Positions 1 to 8,309 of a stretch of DNA of 64,000 bases are shown one piece after another. This DNA comes from Pseudomonadota bacterium. GTDB lineage: Bacteria > Desulfobacterota > Desulfobulbia > Desulfobulbales > SURF-16. The notes beneath the pieces were generated by a model. It did no database searches and had not been told where the DNA came from. It saw only the letters and a program-made list of their open reading frames with translations. The stretch spans positions 898 through 64,897 of the forward strand of contig JAHIVT010000071.1 in NCBI GenBank assembly GCA_018816555.1, written 5' to 3'. Position 1 is the stretch's first letter. Every line of letters starts with the position of its first letter. The translations under genes and the position numbers were made by a program.

Positions 1-421
1 GCGAAAAATGCACCTGCCGCTCGGTGTGAGTGTCGCCGATGTAGGGACCGGGGTACGCGAATATCTCTTCGATTACCTGCTATCGGAAAAAGAAAGGCCA
101 CGGCATCTGATCATTGTCGATGCCATAGACCGGGAAGATAAAAACCCCGGCGAAGTCTTTGAAATCGACCCATCATCGGTTCCCGCAAAAAAACTCCACG
201 ATTTTTCTCTACATCAGTTTCCAACCGTAAACATGCTGCAGGAATTGCAGCAATTCACCGACATGAAAGTAACGATTGTTGTGGCGCAGGTCGAATCGTT
301 ACCAGAAGAGGTTTCACTTGGTCTTTCCCCGGCAATGGCAGCTGCCGTTCCCAAAGCCTGTCAGAAGATAATGGATATTCTATCCACAACCCAAAGCGAG
401 GTGACTGTCCATGATGTATGA
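1..421 (+). CDS. Ni-Fe hydrogenase maturation endopeptidase (HycI/HybD/FrhD family), 5' end outside window
   Basis: Frame is open from nt 2. Motifs VADVGTGVREYLFDYL...HLIIVDAID and SLHQFP fit hydrogenase C-terminal processing proteases. Its stop overlaps the next start (ATGATGTATGA, 411-421). Confidence 0.7.
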   Translation, partial: RKMHLPLGVSVADVGTGVREYLFDYLLSEKERPRHLIIVDAIDREDKNPGEVFEIDPSSVPAKKLHDFSLHQFPTVNMLQELQQFTDMKVTIVVAQVESLPEEVSLGLSPAMAAAVPKACQKIMDILSTTQSEVTVHDV

Positions 422-1868
422 GTTTAAAGTTGCTGATCTGGCGGAGGAGTTTGGTGTCCACCGAAACACCATTCGCAATTGGATCAACTCGAGAACCTTG
501 CCTGCGCAGGAGGGGCCTGGCAAGCGTTATGCTATGAAGGTATCAGATTATGTAGCCTTATGTGACAAGTTCGGCATCATTCCTAAAGTCAATATGGAAA
601 TGGCCGTTGAGATCGAGGAGCTGAAAACGATCACCACTGCCCAAACTGGTCAACCGATTCTTCAACTCGGCGAAAAAACCAACACCCTTTTTGACGATCC
701 ATCCTGGGGTGATGTCTGTCTGACCTGCGGCACCTGCGCCAGCGCCTGTCCCATCGCCGGGGTCAACGGCCTTGACCCGCGCAAGATTGTGCGCATGGCT
801 GTTTTAGGGCTGGAAGAGGAGCTGATTGAAAGCAGCTGGCCATGGAAATGCACCATGTGCGGCAAATGCGAAGAAGCTTGCCCCATGAACGTTGAGATCG
901 TCAAGCTCATGCGTCGTCTTCGTTCAAGACGGCCGAGAAATCTGGTGCCCGGCCCCATCCACAAGGGTGTCGCCATGTGTCTTGAGCGCGGCAACAATCT
1001 CGGCATCCCCAAGGATGATTTTGCCTTTCTGCTGCAGGATCTTGGTGAAGAACTTGCCGCGGAAACATGCCCCGGTTTCACGACCCCATTGGAAGTGCGC
1101 GGCTCAAGACTGCTGATTACCGTCAATTCAAAAGAGCCTTTTGCCGAACCGGATGATATGAAATGGTGGTGGAAAATCTTCTATGCCGCCAATGAATCCT
1201 GGACTGTCTCCGCCGACAACTGGGAGGGAGTCAACTGGGGTCTCTTTTCCGGTGACGACGAGGCCATGAAGACTATTGTCGGCCGGATTGTCGACAACCT
1301 GGAGAGGCTGCACTGCGAGGCCTTGCTCCTACCCGAATGAGGCCACGCCTATTATGCAACCCGGTTCGGGTTGAACAAATGGTTTCCTGAAGTACTCAAG
1401 AAAATCAAAATTTATTCCGTATTTGATCTTCTGCTCGAATATATGCGGGAAAACCGCATTACCCTTGACAACACCATCCATACCAAACTCGCCACCTACC
1501 ACGACCCTTGCAACTATGGCCGCAAATCGCTGAAAGCCTTCGGCCACGGTTATTTCGAGGAAGGCAGAATTATCACACGAGCCTGCTGTCCCTCCTTTGT
1601 CGATATGGAACCCAACCGCAACGGCAACTACTGCTGTGGTGCGGGCGGCGGCGCCTGGGCCATGCCCTATGCCCCGGAGAGGGTCTTCTACGGCCGTATC
1701 AAGGCCCGCCAGATTCAGGAGTGCGGGGCGAAAATGGTCATAGCCCCCTGTCATAACTGCCGTGACCAGCTGAAGAAATCGCTCAACAAGGAATTTGATC
1801 TCGGTATTGAGGTGAAATATCTCTGGGAGCTTGTTTCAGACTCAGTGATCATTCCCACTAAAAAATAA
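411..1868 (+). CDS. HTH_17-type DNA-binding domain fused to HdrD/GlpC-like Fe-S oxidoreductase (HdrC+HdrB-like); predicted selenoprotein (Sec codon 1338-1340)
   Basis: Track ORFs 411..1340 and 1371..1868 share a frame and only TGA 1338-1340 interrupts them. N-terminus FKVADLAEEFGVHRNTIRNWINSRTLP is excisionase/MerR-like HTH. Ferredoxin motifs CLTCGTCASACP and CTMCGKCEEACP. CCG-type motifs YHDPCNYGR, NYCCGAGGG, APCHNC. Read-through gives LLLPE-U-GHAYY. Stem-loop at 1357-1373. Confidence 0.75.
1357..1373 (+). promoter_or_regulatory. SECIS-like stem-loop downstream of UGA 1338
   Basis: CAACCC-GGUUC-GGGUUG: 6-bp stem at +20..+25 from the U of UGA, with a 5-nt loop containing GGU. Confidence 0.6.
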
Positions 1869-1913
1869 CAAAAATTTCTTCTCTCACTTTCCTATGCAAA
1901 GGAGGAACAAACC

Positions 1914-4900
1914 GTGTCAAGAGAGCAAACAATAGGATCGGTAATGGTTGTCGGCGGCGGTATTGCAGGTATGCAGTCAGCCCTGGACCTCGCCAACTCA
2001 GGTTACTATGTCTATCTGCTGGAACGCAGCGGCGCCATTGGCGGCGCCATGGCTCAGCTGGATAAGACCTTTCCCACCAACGACTGCTCGATGTGAATCA
2101 TCGCGCCAAAATTGGTTGAGTGCGGTCGGCACTTAAATATACAGTTGATGACCTTAAGCGAGGTCACCGGAGTAAGCGGCAGTGAAGGCAACTTTACCGT
2201 ATCGGTAAAGGAACATCCCCGCTATGTGGACACGAGCAAATGTATTGCCTGCGGTGAATGCGCAGCAAAATGTCCCAAAAAAGTAGATGATACCTACAAC
2301 GCCTCCACAAAAAAACGCAAAGCGATCTTCGTCAAATATTCCCAGGCGGTGCCCCTCAAATACCAGATCGATGCCGATGAGTGTATTTATCTGCAGAAAC
2401 CTGGCAAATGCGGTTTTTGCGCCAAGGTATGCCCGGCCGGCGCCATTAATTTCGAGGATACCGAAAAGCATCATGAAATCAACGTGGGCTCCATTATCCT
2501 TGCCCCAGGATTTCAAGCCTTTGATCCCAAAGATGCGGGCATCTGGGGCTACGGCACCCTGCCCAACGTCATCACCTCCATGCAGCTTGAGCGCTACTGT
2601 TCAGCCACCGGTCCGACAGAGGGGCATCTCATCCGCCCCTCCGACGGCAAACCGGCCAGAAAAATCGCCTTTCTGCAGTGTGTCGGCAGTCGTGATGAAA
2701 ACAAGTGCGGCAACGGCTACTGTTCTTCGGTCTGCTGCATGTATGCCATCAAAGAGGCAGTGATTGCCAAAGACCATGTCCCCGGACTGCAGACCACGAT
2801 CTTCTTCATGGATATGCGGACCCACGGCAAGGACTTTGACCGTTACTACCAACGGGCCAAAACGGAATCCGGCGTCCGCTTCATGAGATGCCGGGTACAT
2901 GGCGTTGAACCCCACGGTACGGATGGTGACCTGCGTCTGCATTATATCAACGAGGAAGGCCGCCAGGTTGAAGAATATTATGACATGGTGGTCCTGTCGG
3001 TTGGTCTGCAGACCCCGAAGCCCGTGGTCAGGCTGGCCAAGGATCTCGGCATCCAGCTCACCAGCGGTAATTTTGCCGCCACCTCAAACTTCATGCCTGT
3101 TCTGACCTCCAAACCAGGCATATTCACCTGTGGCGCCTTTGCCGGACCCAAGGATATCCCGCAATCGGTCATCGAGGGATCAGCAGCCGCGGCTGGTGTC
3201 GGTAACCTGCTGGCAATGAGCCGCCACACCCTGACCCGGGACAAAACCTTCCCGGCTGAACGGGATATCTCCTGCGAGGAGCCGAAGATCGGCGTTTTTG
3301 TCTGCCATTGTGGTTCCAATATCGCCGGCGTGGTCGACGTTTCATCTGTAGCGGATTACGCGGCCACCCTGCCGGGAGTTGCCCATGTGGAACGCAACCT
3401 CTTCACCTGTTCCCAGGACACCCAGGATCTCATGGTGAACCTGATCAAGGAAAAGGGCCTGAACCGGGTTGTGGTCGCGGCCTGCACTCCCCGGACCCAC
3501 GAGCCTTTGTTCAGAGAGACCCTCAAAGCCGCAGGTATCAATGAGTATCTCTTTGAAATGGCCAACATCCGCAACCAGAATTCCTGGGTACATGCCAAGG
3601 AACCGGCCAAGGCTACTGCCAAGGCCAAGGATCTGATCCGCATGGCCGTGGCCAAGGTATCGCCCCAGTTTGCCCTGCATCAGCTTTCCGTGCCGGTCAC
3701 CCGGTCGGCGCTGGTTATCGGCGGCGGTCTGGCCGGCATGACGGCGGCGCTCAACCTGGCTGACCAGGGCTTCCCGGTCCATCTGGTGGAAAAAAGCGAC
3801 CAACTCGGCGGCTTTGCCCGTATGCTGGACCATACCTGGAAGGGAGACGAAATCAAACCCCAGCTGGCCAACATGTCTGCTCGTATCGAGAACCACTACA
3901 ATATCACCCTGCATCTGCAGAGCGAGATCAAAGAGGTTGAGGGTTTTGTCGGCAATTTCCGCACTACGATACAGAACAAGGCGGGCGACAAGACCGTGAT
4001 CGAACACGGAGCAGGCATTGTCGCCACCGGCGGCAGGCGCTATCGTCCCCTGAAGGAATACGGCTACGGTGATATCAAGGGCGTCTTCACCGGCATTGAA
4101 TTCGATACCCTGCGCAAAGCAGGCGACATCAATGTCAGAGAGGGCAAAACCTTTGTCTTCATCCAATGTGTCGGCTCCCGCCAGAAAGACAGACCATATT
4201 GCTCCAAGGTGTGCTGCACCCATTCCGTCCAGTCGGCCATCAGGCTGAAAAAGGAAGATGCAACCCGCAAGGTTTATATCCTGTATCGTGATATACGAAC
4301 TTACGGCGAACGGGAGCTTCTCTATAAGGAGGCCAGGCAGCTTGGCGTTATTTTCATCAATTATGAACTGCACGGCAAACCCCTGGTCAAGCACGACATG
4401 GCCGGCATCCAGGTGGAGGTATGGGATCATGTCCTGCACCGCCCCCTATTCATCAGTGCCGATGTTGTGATTCTGGCAGAGGCGATTCTGGCCAACCAGG
4501 ACGGCAAGAAAATCGCCCAGCTCTTCAAGATTCCTGTTGATTCCGACGGCTTCTTCCAGGAAGCACATGCCAAACTGCGGCCGGTTGATTTTGTCACCGA
4601 CGGCATGTTTGTCGCCGGTCTGGCCCATTACCCCAAACCGGTGGAAGAATCCATTGCCCAGGCCATGGCCGCCTCCGCGCGTGCTGCTACCCTGCTCTCC
4701 AAGGAGTCGATCACCCTGGAGGCCATCAAGGCAACCGTGGTTGAGGATAACTGCGACGGCTGCGCCCTCTGTCTGGACGTCTGCCCCTTTTCAGCCATCA
4801 GCCTGATGGAATACACGAATAATGAAGGCAAAATCTCCCGCCGCATTGAGATCAACAAGGCCCAGTGCAAGGGATGCGGACTCTGCCAGGGCACCTGCCC

Positions 4901-4976
4901 GAAACGGGGTGTCTTTGTCGCCGGTTTCTCCCTTGATCAGATCAACAAACAGGTCGCAGCCGCCCTGGCGGTGTAA
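1914..4976 (+). CDS. hdrA: heterodisulfide reductase subunit A-like flavoprotein, extended two-module form; selenoprotein (Sec codon 2094-2096)
   Basis: GTG 1914 follows AAAGGAGGA. Track ORFs 1914..2096 and 2112..4976 share a frame. The TGA lies in the HdrA motif LDKTFPTNDCSM-U-IIAPKLVE, where Cys-type HdrA has Cys. FAD fold VVGGGIAGM; CIACGECAAKCP and CGFCAKVCP. Second module IGVFVCHCGSNIAG plus VIGGGLAGM. C-terminal CDGCALCLDVCP and CKGCGLCQGTCP. Confidence 0.9.
2116..2136 (+). promoter_or_regulatory. SECIS-like stem-loop downstream of UGA 2094
   Basis: UUGAGUGC-GGUCG-GCACUUAA: 8-bp stem (one G-U pair) with a GGUCG loop at +31..+35. Confidence 0.6.
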
Positions 4977-5046
4977 GTTAGCAGGGTGAGAATATGCAAT
5001 TTGCTCAAATCACATATCATGAGATTACTGAAATAAGGAGTCAATC

Positions 5047-5466
5047 ATGAGTTATGAACCAAAAATCATTGCCTTTTGCTGCAACTGGTGTTCATACGCC
5101 GCAGCAGATCTGGCCGGGATATCCCGTATGGAGTATCCGAGCAATGTCCGTATTATCCGGGTAATGTGTTCGGGTATGGTCCATCCGGAAACGGTGGTGG
5201 AGGCCTTTAATCTTGGGGCCGACGGCATCATGGTCCTCGGCTGACACCTCGGTGAATGTCATTACCTGGATGGTAATTATAAGGCTATGGCCCGCTCGGA
5301 GATGATCACCTCTCTTCTGGAGGATTTCGGCATTGATCCGCAGCGGTTTCAAATAACCTGGGTATCGTCGGCAGAACCGGACAAATTCGTTGCAGCGGTT
5401 AAGCAAGTGACGGAACGAGTGAAAAACCTCGGCCCACACAAAAGCGAAGCTGCGCATGCAGCGTAA
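5047..5466 (+). CDS. mvhD: MvhD-type [2Fe-2S] hydrogenase delta subunit; selenoprotein (Sec codon 5242-5244)
   Basis: ATG follows AAGGAG. Motif [23 protein letters not shown] corresponds to GCHxGDCHY of Cys forms. Reading continues in frame to TAA 5464-5466 (139 aa). The track stops at the TGA. Confidence 0.85.
5261..5277 (+). promoter_or_regulatory. SECIS-like stem-loop downstream of UGA 5242
   Basis: AUUACC-UGGAU-GGUAAU: stem at +20..+25, loop at +26..+30. Confidence 0.55.
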
Positions 5467-5480
5467 CAAAGGAGGTTGAT

Positions 5481-6404
5481 ATGGCTGTTCGAGTAGCAGA
5501 AGAATGGCTTCATGCATGTTCCGGTTGTGAAGTTGCCATACTCAATATCGGCGAACCCCTTGTTGAGTTGCTGTCGGCACTTGATTTTGTTCACATACCC
5601 GTACTCATGGACCACAAGTATTACGGCCAGACCGGCGAGGGAAAGGTGCTTGACATCCCTGAAGCGGATGTTGGCATTGTTTCCGGCGGTGTGGGCAACG
5701 AAGAGCATCTGGAAGTTCTCGAGGAAATGCGCAAGAAATGCAAGATCCTCATTGCCCTGGGCACCTGCGCCACCCATGGCGGGTTGCCTGCCCTGCTCAA
5801 TAACTGGGACGTCAACGAAGCCCATAAGCAGATATACAAGACAATCACCACCGATGCCTGCACGGTACCGGATCAGAAGGTGCCGAAACCGCTTGACCGG
5901 GTTTATGCGCTGGATGAAAAGGTCAAGATTGACCTGATGATTCCCGGATGCCCGCCCAATTCCCAGCATATTGCCGGGGCAATTCTCGCCCTGCTCAACG
6001 GTGAAGAGGTCAAGCTGCCGACCAAAAGCGTCTGCGACACCTGCCCCACCGTGAGAAAAGGTAAAGGCGATGTCAAGAAGGTAAGGCGTTTTCTGGAAAA
6101 TGCGGCCTATATTGCCGAAGAACCCATCGACAAAATGCGCTGCCTGCTGGAGCAGGGCTTCATGTGCATGGGACCGGTGACCCTGGCCGGCTGCGCCAAA
6201 CGCGGAGCACCGAGCTGCATCATCGCCCGGGTACCCTGCCGCGGCTGTTTCGGCCCTGTCAGAAAAGGCGGCAATCAGATGCTTGATATGATGAACGCCC
6301 TTGCCAGCAACGGCATTGATTTCAAATCCGTCATAGACCGTAAAAACCTGTTGCGATTCTCTGGCGCCCACGGCCTGATCAGACAGCAACGGCCTACAGT
6401 GTAA
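5481..6404 (+). CDS. mvhG: Ni-Fe hydrogenase small subunit, cytoplasmic Mvh/F420-non-reducing type (no Tat signal)
   Basis: N-terminus WLHACSGCEVAILN, GTCATHGGLPA, MIPGCPP, and a C-terminal Cys cluster CMGPVTLAGC...PCRGCFGP. Lies between mvhD and the large subunit. Confidence 0.85.
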   Translation: MAVRVAEEWLHACSGCEVAILNIGEPLVELLSALDFVHIPVLMDHKYYGQTGEGKVLDIPEADVGIVSGGVGNEEHLEVLEEMRKKCKILIALGTCATHGGLPALLNNWDVNEAHKQIYKTITTDACTVPDQKVPKPLDRVYALDEKVKIDLMIPGCPPNSQHIAGAILALLNGEEVKLPTKSVCDTCPTVRKGKGDVKKVRRFLENAAYIAEEPIDKMRCLLEQGFMCMGPVTLAGCAKRGAPSCIIARVPCRGCFGPVRKGGNQMLDMMNALASNGIDFKSVIDRKNLLRFSGAHGLIRQQRPTV

Positions 6405-6415
6405 AGGAGCCAACT

Positions 6416-7867
6416 ATGGGAAAAGTATTAACTATTCAGCCAGTTACCAGGATCGAGGGCCATGCGAGCATTGCCATTGAACTCGACGACAACGGCAATG
6501 TAAAAGACACGAAACTGCATCTCATGTCTCTGCGGGGATTTGAGAAATTCATTGAAGGACGTCCGGCGGAGGAAGTACCCCGGATCGTTAACCGCATCTG
6601 CGGCATCTGTCCGTGGATGCATCATCTGGCCTCGGTCAAGGCAGTGGACGCCTGTTTCGGCGTCACCCCGACCCCGGCCGGTCATAAACTGCGCGAACTC
6701 TGCCAGGTGATGGCCCATATCAACGATAAAATTCTGCACTTCTTTTTCCTGGCCGCACCTGACTTTGTCATCGGTCCGGACAGCGACTATGCAGTGCGCA
6801 ATGTTATCGGCATCGTCAAAGCGGCACCGGAGCTTGCCCAACAGGTGGTCAAGATGCGGCAGCTCGGCCAGATGATGCTGGAGCGTTTTGCCGGCAAGGC
6901 GATTCATCCCATCGCCGGCGTTACCGGCGGCTTTGCCAAACCCATGACCGAAGTGGAACGCGTCGGTCTGCTCAGGGACACGGAGACATTGCTTGATTTT
7001 GCCGTCTACGCCCTGGACTTTGCCAAAAACAATGTCTTTAACAAGTACCTGGACGTCATTTCCAAACTGGGCACGATCACCACCGGGTTCCTCGGCACAG
7101 TGGACGACAATGGCGCGCTGAGGATCTATGACGGTAAACTGCGGCTCATGCAGCCCACCGGCGAGTACGTCGACTTCCCGTGTTCCGAATACACCGACTA
7201 TCTTGCCGAGCATGTGGAACCATGGGCCTATGCCAAAATGCCCTATGCCAAGTCATGGCAGGAAGGATTCTCCATGGATCTGGACCATCCCAAAGGCATC
7301 TACCGTTCCAATACCCTGGCCCGGATCAATGTGTGCGATCACATTGCCACCCCCAAGGCACAGGCAGCCCTGGAAGAGTTCCGGGCAAAATTCGGCAGAC
7401 CGGCCCAGTTTACCCTGCTCTACCACTGGGCTCGCCTGATCGAGCTGGTTTACGCCTGTGAACGGACCATCGAGCTGCTGCAGGACAAAAGCATCACTGA
7501 TCCCAACATCAGGGCCAAGGTCGAACCCAAGGCCGGTCGAGGGGTCGGCTGTGTGGAAGCTCCCCGCGGCTCTCTTATCCATGACTACACAACCGATGAC
7601 AACGGCTGCATTGTCAGCGCCAATCTGATTGTGGGCACCACCCACAATATTGCACCCATGAATATGAGCGTCAAACAGGCGGCAACCATGCTGATCAAAG
7701 ACGGCGTTTATGACCAGGGTATGCTGAACAAGGTGGAAATGGCGGTGCGCGCCTACGACCCCTGAATTTCCTGCGCAACGCACCACCTGGATGGTGGTAT
7801 GCCTTTGACCGTATCTATCATTGATGCCCAGGGAAAAGAAATTGACGTTCTGACCAACCTGGAATAA
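6416..7867 (+). CDS. mvhA: [NiFeSe] hydrogenase large subunit, Mvh type (Sec codon 7763-7765)
   Basis: N-terminal Ni-binding motif RICGICPWMHH. The C-terminal motif reads DP-U-ISCATH (DPCxxCxxH in NiFe enzymes) when TGA 7763 is read through to TAA 7865-7867. A 26-aa tail after the His is a plausible substrate for the maturation protease. Confidence 0.9.
7782..7798 (+). promoter_or_regulatory. SECIS-like stem-loop downstream of UGA 7763
   Basis: ACCACC-UGGAU-GGUGGU: stem at +20..+25 and loop at +26..+30. Geometry and loop sequence are the same as the mvhD element. Confidence 0.6.
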
Positions 7868-7872
7868 TGAAC

Positions 7873-7902
7873 GCAGCAATTCCTTGTCAAAGGAATTGCT
7901 GC
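7873..7902 (+). terminator. perfect 13-bp stem-loop directly after mvhA stop (terminator/attenuator or mRNA stabiliser)
   Basis: GCAGCAATTCCTT-gtca-AAGGAATTGCTGC. There is no clear U-tract. The track's TTG start at 7884 falls inside this stem. Confidence 0.5.
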
Positions 7903-7928
7903 ATACAACATATAAGGAGAACTTGGTG

Positions 7929-8174
7929 ATGACTGATACGACCCAGAAGAAGCGACATCAAATACGTGTCACCAGGACAGACAGCGCCTGTGGCTATGTG
8001 GGCCATATGACTGTTGATGAATTGAAAAAGGTTACTGTAGGCAATGACTTCGATGGCGCCTGTCCAACCTGTGGCCAGATTCATCTGACCCGGGAGGAGA
8101 TAGAGGAAATCGAAGGCGAAAAGGTCACAGACAGCAAGGAGTACAAGGACACGACCAAGGAAGCCGAGGCGTAG
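7929..8174 (+). CDS. small acidic-tailed Cys protein, unknown function (possible zinc-ribbon)
   Basis: AAGGAG at 7914-7919, then GTG 7926 / ATG 7929. Cys pattern SACGYVGH...CPTCGQIH. The last gene before a strong terminator. Confidence 0.4.
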   Translation: MTDTTQKKRHQIRVTRTDSACGYVGHMTVDELKKVTVGNDFDGACPTCGQIHLTREEIEEIEGEKVTDSKEYKDTTKEAEA

Positions 8175-8238
8175 TATTGCCTCCGCTTTGCGAGGAAATT
8201 TCCATAGGGGTGCTGTCAGGTGCACCATATGCAGTAAA

Positions 8239-8271
8239 CGGGAAAAGGGGGCATAAAGCCCCCTTTTCCCG
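8239..8271. terminator. bidirectional rho-independent terminator between convergent genes
   Basis: Perfect 14-bp stem CGGGAAAAGGGGGC-ataaa-GCCCCCTTTTCCCG followed by TATTTTA. Confidence 0.75.
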
Positions 8272-8309
8272 TATTTTAGTTAGCTGCTTTATTTAAAATG
8301 ATCAGCTAG

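Noticed and set aside
3342-4439. Long antisense ORFs inside well-supported genes. Examples: 3342..4439(-), 5349..6413(-), 15280..16260(+), 17352..18530(+), 32814..33995(+), 46341..47249(+), 61561..62385(+).
   Set aside because: Each lies opposite a gene with clear family motifs. Their products are Arg/Gly/His/Pro-rich with no recognisable motif and no RBS. This is typical stop-free antisense-frame noise.
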